Shown: positions 1 to 8,515 of the stretch, piece after piece | How the letters are laid out: each line of letters starts with the position of its first letter | Numbering within the stretch: the stretch's first letter is position 1 | Assembly: GCA_043807255.1 (NCBI GenBank) | Contig: JAZDGD010000009.1 | Coordinates: 29,476-93,475 of the forward strand | Length of the DNA: 64,000 nt | Direction of reading: 5' to 3' | Source: Patescibacteria group bacterium | GTDB taxonomy: Bacteria; Patescibacteriota; Minisyncoccia; RBG-13-40-8-A | Notes under the pieces: generated by a model | What the model saw: only the letters and a program-made list of their open reading frames with translations | What the model was told of the DNA's origin: nothing | Databases searched by the model: none | Made by a program: the position numbers and the translations under genes

Positions 1-1240
1 TGGAATTGTTATTTGATACATTTCTAACTGATTTTTCGATTCTTAAGCTTGGATTATCATAAACAGTATTTACAGAAACCGTTGTTGAACAAGTATCCGA
101 ACCACCATTGTAACCATAACATGTAAGTGTATAGGTAGATGTTGAACTTGGTGAAACAGATTGGTTCCCTGACAATGATTTTGATCCCGACCAAGCATTT
201 GAAGCCGTACAATAACTTGCATTATTTGAACTCCAATTTAAATTTGAATAATTACCATTAGTAATTGAACTTGGACTTGCATAAATTGAACAGCTAGGGA
301 CCGAAGTGGTTCCTACGCTTATGGTTGTCTGACAATATGCTGGAACAGCAGTATCTCTTTCAACTTTAACATTTACCACGTAAGTGCCCGCCGAAGAATA
401 ATCACAAGCGTCTATTACTGTTTTTGGATTATCCAAAATACTATCGAATGCATGTTCCCACGTTCCGTCATTTTTACAATCAAATTTATAATTAATTGTT
501 CCCGTAGCGGTTCCTTGAACCGTGGCGGTCAAATCTACATCATTTAATGGAGATGTTCCTGAGTTCGGGGTGGCATAGACAGAACAAGAAAGAGTGGGAA
601 TAACTATATTTGTAACTGTAACTGGAGCAGAACAAGTAGTTGTTCCGCCAGCACCAGTACAGGTTAATGCATAGGTTGAATTTGAACTTGGTGAAACAGA
701 TTGGTTTCCTGACAATGATTTTGATCCCGACCAAGCATTTGAAGCCGTACAAGATGTTGCATTTGTCGATGTCCAAATCAATAAGGAAGACTGACTATTT
801 GTAATTGAGATAGGATTTGCTGAAATTGAACAGGTAGGAACTGGTTCATGATTTTGTTCACAATAATTATATCCTAATGCACCACTGATGTCGCAATGAA
901 AATCCGAACCACATATTGGATCTTCTCTATAATCTCCGCAAGGATAAAAATGTCTTCCTTTGCATTGACCACCGTAACAGTCCATGGTATTGTTCCAGGT
1001 GCTTCCGGTACAATCAGATGTAACGCTACAAGCTGAATCTGGCTGCGCCAAACAAACACCAAGCACACAACTGCCAGAGGCACATTCTGCATTTATTGAA
1101 CAACTGGATCCATTTGGTAAGCTTGTAGCATTTACGGTCCCGATTACAGCAAAAACAGAAATTAAAACACAGACACCGGTTAAAACAACCATTGCTGTAG
1201 TCGAAAATTTTACATTTTGATTAAATGTTAGATTTTTCAT
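1..1240 (-). CDS. Secreted/surface protein with tandem repeat domains (partial; start at 1240, 3' end beyond window edge)
   Basis: Minus-strand frame is open from ATG (rc of 1238-1240) to the window start. N-terminus MKNLTFNQNVKFSTTAMVVLTGVCVLISVFAVIG is a signal/TM anchor. Two near-identical ~100-nt internal repeats (ca. 100-250 and 640-780) imply tandem Ig-like domains. The protein is Ser/Thr/Cys-rich. Not listed in the ORF track because it is incomplete. Confidence 0.55.
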   Translation of the reverse strand, partial: MKNLTFNQNVKFSTTAMVVLTGVCVLISVFAVIGTVNATSLPNGSSCSINAECASGSCVLGVCLAQPDSACSVTSDCTGSTWNNTMDCYGGQCKGRHFYPCGDYREDPICGSDFHCDISGALGYNYCEQNHEPVPTCSISANPISITNSQSSLLIWTSTNATSCTASNAWSGSKSLSGNQSVSPSSNSTYALTCTGAGGTTTCSAPVTVTNIVIPTLSCSVYATPNSGTSPLNDVDLTATVQGTATGTINYKFDCKNDGTWEHAFDSILDNPKTVIDACDYSSAGTYVVNVKVERDTAVPAYCQTTISVGTTSVPSCSIYASPSSITNGNYSNLNWSSNNASYCTASNAWSGSKSLSGNQSVSPSSTSTYTLTCYGYNGGSDTCSTTVSVNTVYDNPSLRIEKSVRNVSNNNS

Positions 1241-1294
1241 AAATTTTTATATTTATACTGTTTTTATACTTATATGATAAGTATATCACAATAA

Positions 1295-1924
1295 CTAATT
1301 GTTGTCAAGGACTTGTACGGTTTTCACAACAATTCTTTTCCACGCTGTATTTACTGGCCAACAACTAACTAAATATAAAACTGAATTATTTTCATCCTTT
1401 TGAAAAATTAAATCCTTTGGTGCCTTGATTTCCTTGCCTTCTACTCTATAAACAAAACTTTTTTGCTTGGATAAAACAATAATTTCGTCTCCAATGTTAA
1501 GTTTGTTTAGTAATGCGAAAATAGACCCATATTGCCCCTTATACCATGGATAAGCAGAACTATGTCCCATAATAACCATAGTCCCGTTTTCGTTTAAAGC
1601 AGTTGAGCCGGGGAGGAAAATTACTCCCTTTTCAAGGTCTGCTTGCAAGCTTTTCTCTTCTGGGTTCTGTGAAAGAACTACTGGCGCCTCTATATTTAAG
1701 GAAGGAATTAAAAGTCTGTCGGGAAATAAATATTCTTTACTGGGCAACACCAAATTAATTATTCCCTGTAATTCAGATTGATTTAGGGTTAATTGGTCTG
1801 AAGCTGGCGGTGGTCCAATAAAAGAATATTTAATTTGCATATAGATAAATCTGCCATTAAAAATAATCATCATCACGCCCAAGACAATAATGCAGATTAA
1901 AATAAAAATTAAAACTTCTTTCAT
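1295..1924 (-). CDS. Sortase family transpeptidase
   Basis: 209 aa with an N-terminal TM anchor. Has the conserved His context (VIMGHSS) and an LVSCWP motif resembling the sortase TLxTC catalytic-Cys motif. Lies adjacent to the surface protein. Confidence 0.65.
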   Translation of the reverse strand: MKEVLIFILICIIVLGVMMIIFNGRFIYMQIKYSFIGPPPASDQLTLNQSELQGIINLVLPSKEYLFPDRLLIPSLNIEAPVVLSQNPEEKSLQADLEKGVIFLPGSTALNENGTMVIMGHSSAYPWYKGQYGSIFALLNKLNIGDEIIVLSKQKSFVYRVEGKEIKAPKDLIFQKDENNSVLYLVSCWPVNTAWKRIVVKTVQVLDNN

Positions 1925-1925
1925 A

Positions 1926-2879
1926 TTAAATTATATCTATTTTACTATTTAATAATGCTCCGCCATTAAACAATGCTATGGCCGCGATTAAAACAATAAA
2001 AATTAAAACCATTAAAATCATTTTTGGATATTGAATTTTTATGTTTATAAAGAAGCTAAGCATTAAAATTAAGCTCACAATGCCTAAGACAATTACGAAA
2101 ACAGTATTCATCCATGATTCTGGTTGATATAAGGCGCTCCTTTGCTTAAAAACTTCCGGACCTTTTAATAATTCTATTTCTTCTCCTTGAACAATCGGTT
2201 TGCTTACCGGGACATTAATGACTGCGGGGGTTTCTGTTTTATTGGCGTCTGGAGTTATAACTGGCGTTGGTAAAACAGCAACCTGTTGGGTTGTTGTTTT
2301 ACCAAAAAGCTCAACAGCAACTGTTGTTTCTTTGCCATTAATAGTTCCCCTAATCACGGCAATGCCAATGTCTTTATAGTTTCCATTTAGAATATTTGCT
2401 TTGTGTGTTGGAGAATTCATCCATGCTTGATGAACATATTCGCTTTCACTAAATCCCCTAGCCAAATTTTCTCCTGCTGCTGAATATTTATATCCTGCTT
2501 TTGTAAACCAATACCAGGGACTTAGCCCCTTGGGACTGGTATGAGAAAAATATCCTTGGTTTATCATGTCTATTGCTTTTTTGGTTGCTGCGTCGACTAG
2601 TCTGGCATTTACAATTAACGGCTCCAACCCTTGTGCTGACCTCTCTTGATTTGTTAATTCAATTAATTCGGCCCCCGTAACAACGGCAAAATTGCTGGTT
2701 TGAGGAAAATATGCCAACCAAGTAAAGGCAATAAATTTAAAAACCAATAAAACCACAGCCAACTTAAACAGATTTTTAGGCCTAAAAATCTGTGGTTTCC
2801 ATAAGTTCTTTTTCGTAGGAATAAACATCCTACTAAACCATTTGACAATATTTCTCATATTTGTCATTATAGCATACAA
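1926..2879 (-). CDS. CAP/SCP/PR-1 domain protein (YkwD-like) with C-terminal TM
   Basis: CAP-domain motifs GYFSHTSPKG, AAGENLARG, HQAWMNSPTHKANIL. Signal anchor at the N-terminus and a hydrophobic C-terminal tail. Confidence 0.65.
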   Translation of the reverse strand: MYAIMTNMRNIVKWFSRMFIPTKKNLWKPQIFRPKNLFKLAVVLLVFKFIAFTWLAYFPQTSNFAVVTGAELIELTNQERSAQGLEPLIVNARLVDAATKKAIDMINQGYFSHTSPKGLSPWYWFTKAGYKYSAAGENLARGFSESEYVHQAWMNSPTHKANILNGNYKDIGIAVIRGTINGKETTVAVELFGKTTTQQVAVLPTPVITPDANKTETPAVINVPVSKPIVQGEEIELLKGPEVFKQRSALYQPESWMNTVFVIVLGIVSLILMLSFFINIKIQYPKMILMVLIFIVLIAAIALFNGGALLNSKIDII

Positions 2880-2911
2880 ACCATATGCTCGTCAAGTTTT
2901 TTTTAAAAATG

Positions 2912-2937
2912 TCAGAGGTCATACCTCTGACATTTGT
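2912..2937. repeat. GC-rich palindrome tgtcagaggtcatacctctgaca; second copy at 63948-63975
   Basis: Perfect 10-bp stem read directly from the sequence. A near-identical copy sits at the other end of the window. Confidence 0.6.
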
Positions 2938-3000
2938 TATTTCGCGACATCGGATATTTCCTATATTACGACATCGCAAGTCGTAATATAGCCAACAAAC

Positions 3001-3570
3001 TTAAATTCTAAAAATATCATTTATTGTTTTTGGCGTAAGTTTAAATTTTTCTTTTCGAAAAGATTTTTTTGTTACCTCGTCAATGTCTTGTGTTGAAAAA
3101 GTGTCAGCACCAATCAACTCATAATGATCGTCCACTTTACCTATTCTGCCAAAAAACACATAACCCTTCTCGGTATCAAAAGTAGCCCTATATTCATTCA
3201 TCAACCATTTTTTGTTAGTTTGTAAATCCTTAATTGTAAGACTTTTGCTTCGTTCCATGTCTAACACTTCAAACATTCCGTATTCGCTATCAAGCAAATC
3301 TTTATAGAGTTTCATTTCTAATTCATTAAGATTAAAAGGATTAGTAATAATAAAATTTTTAATTGGCGTATAGCCATTATTTAATACAAAATCGTATAGG
3401 AACCATTCGTTAAAAAAGATTTCGCCTTGTTTGGTGGTTCCAAGAGAACCGCCTCTCTCTAAATCTGGACGATTATAAAATTCACGCAAAGCGCACATTA
3501 CTTCTTCGCTAAACTCGGGCGCAGTAAAATAATATTTATATACTTTTGCTATTGATCCTTTTGGTAGCAT
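3001..3570 (-). CDS. Hypothetical protein
   Basis: 189-aa ORF with typical AT-rich codon usage. No motif recognised. Confidence 0.4.
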   Translation of the reverse strand: MLPKGSIAKVYKYYFTAPEFSEEVMCALREFYNRPDLERGGSLGTTKQGEIFFNEWFLYDFVLNNGYTPIKNFIITNPFNLNELEMKLYKDLLDSEYGMFEVLDMERSKSLTIKDLQTNKKWLMNEYRATFDTEKGYVFFGRIGKVDDHYELIGADTFSTQDIDEVTKKSFRKEKFKLTPKTINDIFRI

Positions 3571-3573
3571 AAT

Positions 3574-3888
3574 TTATAAATTTTCAACGGCTTTTTTGCG
3601 ATATAACAAAATCAATCTTTCAGAATCATATTCTTTAATTTTATCTTGTGCCATAATTATTAATCCCTCCCATGCCAAAATATTAGCTTTTATTTGAGAA
3701 ATCGCTTCGTTCTTTAACTCGTGATTTTGGATTTCTGAATCATTTTCAGCAATTTTCAAAGTCGCTTTTTCTATTTCTATGTCTTCTTCCAATCTAACTA
3801 TATCGTCTTTCTCTTCCATTTTTATTTTCTCAAGTCCCTCTAATTCTTGATTTATTCTTTCCAGTTTTTTATTTTTAACTATTTCCAT
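3574..3888 (-). CDS. Hypothetical coiled-coil protein
   Basis: 104-aa Glu/Lys-rich ORF, tightly packed (3-nt gap) with the upstream ORF. Confidence 0.35.
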   Translation of the reverse strand: MEIVKNKKLERINQELEGLEKIKMEEKDDIVRLEEDIEIEKATLKIAENDSEIQNHELKNEAISQIKANILAWEGLIIMAQDKIKEYDSERLILLYRKKAVENL

Positions 3889-4112
3889 AAATTTATTTTA
3901 ATTAATTCGTTATCTTATCTTAAATCACCCTTAATTGCCTTAGATCTTTGAAGTTATGTTTTTCAACCAAAGTATCTCTATGCCAAACTTTTAAAAGTTT
4001 GGCATCCCATTCTAAATAATCGAAGGGTTCGCAAGTAGTCTTAAAATAAGAATAAATTTTATTATATTGAGATTGGAAAATTTTATATTTCATTTTTTAT
4101 ATTTTTTTAACT

Positions 4113-4880
4113 TCATAATAATTCGTATTTGCCCGAACCAATAAATCTTAAATAATTTTTATTTCTTAAAAATTGTAATTGTTGTCGGATTTTATCCTTA
4201 ATGTGTTTATTTTCCGGATGAATAATTTTTAGGTCAGTTTCGAAATTATAAATATCTTGTAAATAAAATTCTTTTTTATCTATAAAATCAATACAATTCA
4301 TAATATCTAAAATCCAGCCCCTTGCGTCTGCTTTTTTAATTTTTTTAAGAAAAACCGTTTTTTGCCATTTATCTAAAACTTGTTTTTTAGAAATTTCTTT
4401 TCCGTTTTCTACGTAAAATACTTGCCCCGCTTTGGGAATTTTTGAAAATAAAATATTTGAACCGATCCAGCCAGCTCTTCTGGCTGTCTCTTTTAGGGGT
4501 TTTCTTTTCTCAACAATTTCAGAAACAAAAAAATGTTTTGGCACAACTAAAAAATCATTTACATACAGCGACTCTAAATATCCCATAAAAAAGAAATTTG
4601 GTTTAACTTGAGAATTTATTCTTTCTATCATTTTCGAATATGCTCCAGCGGGTATAATTTTATTAATCTTTCCTTTTTTTGATTTTAATTCAAAATCTTC
4701 ATTACATTTTTCACAATAAAAATCTGCTACTGGCTTATTGTTCTCATAATTAGTAATCTTTATATTCCCACAATTAGGACAAAAAATTTCATTGTTGACC
4801 CAGTTCTCCGTTAAAACTCTCGTTTTTTGAGATAAACTTTTGTATTTATCGGCAATTTTTGTATCGAAAGATAAATTCAT
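4113..4880 (-). CDS. DpnI-like methylation-dependent (GmATC-type) restriction endonuclease
   Basis: 255 aa. N-terminus has SQKTRVLTENWV...FCPNCGN...NNKPVADFYCEKCNEDFELKSKKG (zinc ribbon plus PD-(D/E)xK region). C-terminus has IKDKIRQQLQFLRNKNYLRFIGSGKYELL (winged helix). The layout and many residues match my recollection of S. pneumoniae DpnI (254 aa). Confidence 0.55.
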   Translation of the reverse strand: MNLSFDTKIADKYKSLSQKTRVLTENWVNNEIFCPNCGNIKITNYENNKPVADFYCEKCNEDFELKSKKGKINKIIPAGAYSKMIERINSQVKPNFFFMGYLESLYVNDFLVVPKHFFVSEIVEKRKPLKETARRAGWIGSNILFSKIPKAGQVFYVENGKEISKKQVLDKWQKTVFLKKIKKADARGWILDIMNCIDFIDKKEFYLQDIYNFETDLKIIHPENKHIKDKIRQQLQFLRNKNYLRFIGSGKYELL

Positions 4881-4939
4881 ATATTTTTATCATACCTCTT
4901 TTAATAAATTTTTACCAGCATTATAGATATTTTAACAGA

Positions 4940-5137
4940 AATACCCGAGGTCTGACCTCGGGTATTTCTGTATCTTATGAGGCTAAGCCTCGTAAGATAT
5001 AATCCTGATATCGGGAGGTTCGACCTCTAACGCCCCCCCGCATCAACACTTAATATTGGGAGGTCGAACCTCTTATTATGTGGGACGTGCGACGTCCCAC
5101 ATAAATACGAAACATACGGAGAACTGTTCTCCGTATC
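4940..5137. repeat. Array of six different GC-rich hairpins in tandem
   Basis: Hairpins: cccgaggtctgacctcggg (4945), cttatgaggctaagcctcgtaag (4975), gggaggttcgacctc (5013), gggaggtcgaacctc (5058), gtgggacgtgcgacgtcccac (5080), atacggagaactgttctccgtat (5115). Confidence 0.6.
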
Positions 5138-5173
5138 TTCTATCTGTCCACTATTAATGAGAATTTGTTTGTC

Positions 5174-5291
5174 ACTGAGACAATTTCGCAGGCAAAATGC
5201 ATGGTTTCGTCCCAACAAACATGTCGTGGACGAAATTTTGCCGAGAATTAGCACGGCCACTCGCTGGAGTGGCCGATGCGTGTCGACATGA
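5174..5291 (-). ncRNA. Conserved structured element, copy A, in the 3' region of rpsI (candidate ncRNA or cis-RNA element)
   Basis: About 75% identical to 52317-52422. Compensatory changes preserve three stems. The element ends 18 nt from the rpsI stop codon. Confidence 0.4.
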
Positions 5292-5309
5292 CAAATAAAT
5301 TCGAGTGCT

Positions 5310-5843
5310 CTATCTCTTGCTCCACTGTGGCGCCTTACGGGCTTTCTTGAGGCCGAATTTTCGACGCTCTTTCTCTCTTGGGTCTCTTTTTAAAAATCCT
5401 GCCTTCTTTAGTTTCTTTCTAAAATTAATATCAAAAATAATCAATGCTCTAGAAATACCATGTCTGATTGCTTCCGCTTGTCCAGAAATTCCACCGCCAT
5501 TAACTTTCACTGTTCCTGAAAATCGGTTTGCTGATTTTAGCTTTGCAAACGGAGATTCGATTGTTTGTTGTAAAATTTGGGTTGGAAAATATTGCTTATA
5601 ATTTTTTCCATTAACTATAAGATTCCCTGCTTCCATTGATTCTGATGGATTGACAGTAAAAAGCCGAACACGAGCAACTGCTCTTTTTCTTCTGCCAACG
5701 GCCTCAATATATTCTGACTTTTTGAGCTTCCTCTCTCCAACAACGTCTTCAGAAATAGGCAGGACAACCTGAATATCCTCTGTACTTTCAGCGGGTTTTT
5801 TGGCCACTTTAACAGATTTAATTTTACTTGATTTCTCCGGCAT
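5310..5843 (-). CDS. rpsI: 30S ribosomal protein S9 (with N-terminal extension)
   Basis: C-terminus GRRKRAVARVRLF...RKFGLKKARKAPQWSKR is typical of S9. Confidence 0.85.
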   Translation of the reverse strand: MPEKSSKIKSVKVAKKPAESTEDIQVVLPISEDVVGERKLKKSEYIEAVGRRKRAVARVRLFTVNPSESMEAGNLIVNGKNYKQYFPTQILQQTIESPFAKLKSANRFSGTVKVNGGGISGQAEAIRHGISRALIIFDINFRKKLKKAGFLKRDPREKERRKFGLKKARKAPQWSKR

Positions 5844-6183
5844 ATAATTTTAAATTTTTTATTGTTTTATCTCTTAATGTATTTTTGGGGAGCATATCCC
5901 TCACTGCCATTCGTAGTGGCGCACTTGGATCTTTTACGATTAAATCCTTTAACTTGATCTCACTCACACCACCGGGATATCCTGAATGACGTCTATAAAT
6001 TTTCCCTTCCATTTTATTGCCCGTATAAATAATTTTTTCTGTATTAAAAACTACAACCTTGTTATCGCTTACCTTATAAGCCTTGAAGTCTGTACTATTT
6101 TTGCCACGCAAAAGAACAGCAATTTCAGTTGCTAATTTTCCGAGTTTTTTTTCTGAAGCGTCTATTGTGTAGTCCTTTGCCAT
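5824..6183 (-). CDS. rplM: 50S ribosomal protein L13
   Basis: 119 aa with L13-like sequence. In the conserved L13-S9 gene order. Confidence 0.85.
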   Translation of the reverse strand: MAKDYTIDASEKKLGKLATEIAVLLRGKNSTDFKAYKVSDNKVVVFNTEKIIYTGNKMEGKIYRRHSGYPGGVSEIKLKDLIVKDPSAPLRMAVRDMLPKNTLRDKTIKNLKLYAGEIK

Positions 6184-6187
6184 AAAA

Positions 6188-6541
6188 TTATTTTTTTATT
6201 AACTCTATAAAAGCCATTGGTGCGGCATCGTTCTTTCTCTGCCCGGTTTTCATGATTCTCGTATAGCCACCAGTTTGATTAATATATTTTGGTGCAATGT
6301 CTTTCATTAACTTGTCCACTATTCTTGGTTTAAAATCCATTAACAGCAACCTTCTGCTTGCCAGGGTATTTTTTCTGGCTCTTGTTATCGCCTTCTCAAT
6401 AAAAGGCTTAACTTTTTTTGCCTTACCTTCGGTTGTAGAAATCCTTCCTTTCAAAATTATTGCAGTCGCTAAGGAGCACAAGATTGCTTTGCGCTGATGA
6501 AACGAACTGCCTAATTTTTGTTTTTTCTTTCGGTGTCGCAT
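6188..6541 (-). CDS. rplQ: 50S ribosomal protein L17
   Basis: 117 aa, basic, L17-like. Follows rpoA as in the canonical alpha operon. Confidence 0.8.
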   Translation of the reverse strand: MRHRKKKQKLGSSFHQRKAILCSLATAIILKGRISTTEGKAKKVKPFIEKAITRARKNTLASRRLLLMDFKPRIVDKLMKDIAPKYINQTGGYTRIMKTGQRKNDAAPMAFIELIKK

Positions 6542-6544
6542 GGA

Positions 6545-7315
6545 TTACTTTTTCTTGGCTTTTTTTGTTACTTTTTTAGATTTTTTTTCTCCGACCTCGG
6601 TCCCGATCTTCATCGGGACAACGATTGGAGCGGGTGCGAAAACTCCAAATTGTTCAAGTAAAATTTCCGCTGCTCTATTAAATGCGTATTCTGGTTCAAC
6701 GCTACCGTCGGTTTCAATATCAATTTTAACTCTATTAAAATCGGTTTTATCTCCAACGCGCATATTCTCTACTTCATAATTAACCCTCTTTACTGGAGTA
6801 TAAATTGCATCTAAAGCAATTGCGCCAATTTCTAGTTTGTCTTTCTTTCTTTGTTCAACCGGAACATAACCTAACCCCGTCCCAATTTCAAGTTCCATTT
6901 CTAATTTTGCCTTAGCACTGGTGAGCGTTGCGATATGTGCATCTTTATTAACAACCTCAATTTCTGCGGTTGTTTTAATGTCTTTTGCCTTCACTTCTTT
7001 TTCTCCACTTGCCTTTAATTCTATTTTTATTGAAGGAATTTCTGCGTTTACCTTAAATCTTATTTGTTTTAAATTTAAAATTATTTGAATCACGTCTTCC
7101 AAAACATTGGGAATAGTAGAAAATTCATGACTTACTCCCTTAATCTTAACCGAAGTGATTGCAGCGCCAGACAAAGATGACAAAATCACTCTTCGAAAGG
7201 CGTTACCAATAGTTATGCCATAGCCGGGGTAACAATTATCTATTTCAAAAATTGCACGGTTATCGCCTTTTTTAATAACTTTCGGTTTTATTGGTAAAGA
7301 TATTTTGTGTTCCAT
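6545..7315 (-). CDS. rpoA: DNA-directed RNA polymerase alpha subunit, N-terminal domain only with a Lys-rich tail (no alpha-CTD)
   Basis: 256 aa with RpoA NTD motifs (GYGITIGNAFRRVLLSS-like). Ends in KKSKKVTKKAKKK. Bacterial RpoA is normally about 330 aa. Confidence 0.8.
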   Translation of the reverse strand: MEHKISLPIKPKVIKKGDNRAIFEIDNCYPGYGITIGNAFRRVILSSLSGAAITSVKIKGVSHEFSTIPNVLEDVIQIILNLKQIRFKVNAEIPSIKIELKASGEKEVKAKDIKTTAEIEVVNKDAHIATLTSAKAKLEMELEIGTGLGYVPVEQRKKDKLEIGAIALDAIYTPVKRVNYEVENMRVGDKTDFNRVKIDIETDGSVEPEYAFNRAAEILLEQFGVFAPAPIVVPMKIGTEVGEKKSKKVTKKAKKK

Positions 7316-7324
7316 ATAAATTAT

Positions 7325-7412
7325 TATTCAAATCTACAAATTGTTATGCGAATCTACGAATTATTCGTTGATTCGGATACAGATTCGTATCATTCGGATA
7401 ATGTATTAATTA
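7325..7412. repeat. Palindromic intergenic repeat, family 2 (rpoA leader); copies at 60245-60340 and, inverted, at 40935-41003
   Basis: Shared sequence cgaatctacaaatt..gcgaatctacgaattattcgttgattcggata...attcg.atcattcggataat. Confidence 0.6.
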
Positions 7413-7416
7413 AAAA

Positions 7417-8049
7417 TTATCTTGAATAAAATTCAATAATCATTGCTAGGTCAACCGGAAGTTCAACCTGTGCCCTGCCCGGAGCCCCATGAACAATTGC
7501 TTTAAATGTTTCACCCTCCTTGCTCTCAACTGAAAGCCATGACGGAATAGTTTGTTTTTTAATTTTTGCTTCCATGTCTTTAAATATGATCTTTTTTATA
7601 CTTTCTGGCCTGATTGCAATAACATCGCCCTTCTTAAGATGAATTGATGGAATGTCAACCCTTTTGTTGTTTAACAAAACATGACCATGGCTAACTATTT
7701 GTCTGGCCTTGGCCCTCGATCCGGCAATTCCTAATCTAAAAATAGCGTTATCTATTCTGGTTTCTAATTTTGCAATTAGAACATCGGGCACAACACCCTT
7801 TACCCTTGAAGCTTCTTCAAAATATTTTCTAAACTGTCTCTCGGTTATTCCATAAATTTTCTTAACTTTTTGTTTTTCAGCTAATTGAGCACCATATTCA
7901 GATAGAGCTGATTTATGTTTCTTTGCTTTCATGCCCGGAGGATATGGCTTTTTGATCATTGCGCACTTTACACTAAAACATCGCTCTTCTCGTAAAAAGA
8001 GTTTTTGCCCTGAACGTCTACATTTTTTACAAATTGGTCCTCTTAACAT
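7417..8049 (-). CDS. rpsD: 30S ribosomal protein S4
   Basis: 210 aa with the N-terminal Cys cluster and an S4 domain. Confidence 0.85.
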   Translation of the reverse strand: MLRGPICKKCRRSGQKLFLREERCFSVKCAMIKKPYPPGMKAKKHKSALSEYGAQLAEKQKVKKIYGITERQFRKYFEEASRVKGVVPDVLIAKLETRIDNAIFRLGIAGSRAKARQIVSHGHVLLNNKRVDIPSIHLKKGDVIAIRPESIKKIIFKDMEAKIKKQTIPSWLSVESKEGETFKAIVHGAPGRAQVELPVDLAMIIEFYSR

Positions 8050-8054
8050 AAATT

Positions 8055-8507
8055 TTAAACGCGCCTTGGTTTTGGTGGCCTACAACCATTGTGTGGAATC
8101 GGAGTAATATCTTTAATCGCCTGGATATCTAATCCCGCTCCAGCGATTGCTCGAATTGCTCCTTCTCGACCAGAACCGACGCCTTTTACATATACAAACA
8201 CCTCCCTAACTCCCGTTTTATTGACTTTATTCATTAAAGATTCAACAACTCTTGATGCGGCAAATGGAGTGGCTTTTTTGGGCCCCTTAAATCCGACAGC
8301 TCCTGCGCTTTCAGTGGCAACAACTTCGCCTTTCATGTCAGTCATAGTAATAATCGTATTATTATATGTTGCTTGAATATAAACCCTTGCCTGTTCTAAA
8401 TGACGGCCACCTTTTGCTTCTTTTTTGCCTTTTATTTTGGCATCAGTTGCCTCGCCTGCTTTTAAAGCCTCTTCTGTTGTTTCTTTTGTAATTTTTTTCT
8501 TTCCCAT
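8055..8507 (-). CDS. rpsK: 30S ribosomal protein S11
   Basis: 150 aa. S11-like C-terminus and conserved order. Confidence 0.85.
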   Translation of the reverse strand: MGKKKITKETTEEALKAGEATDAKIKGKKEAKGGRHLEQARVYIQATYNNTIITMTDMKGEVVATESAGAVGFKGPKKATPFAASRVVESLMNKVNKTGVREVFVYVKGVGSGREGAIRAIAGAGLDIQAIKDITPIPHNGCRPPKPRRV

Positions 8508-8515
8508 AATAATTT

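Noticed and set aside
984-1220. Plus-strand 78-aa ORF (also 540..776 and 874..1092 minus fragments).
   Set aside because: It lies entirely inside the long minus-strand surface-protein frame that runs from 1240 to the window edge. It is a shadow ORF of the Ser/Thr-rich frame.
3921-4093. Possible 57-aa minus-strand ORF (MKYKIFQSQYNKIY...) between the DpnI-like gene and 3574..3888.
   Set aside because: It is below the length cutoff, contains a perfect 11-bp hairpin (atgccaaactttt/aaaagtttggcat), and has no SD. I cannot tell it apart from a structured intergenic spacer.
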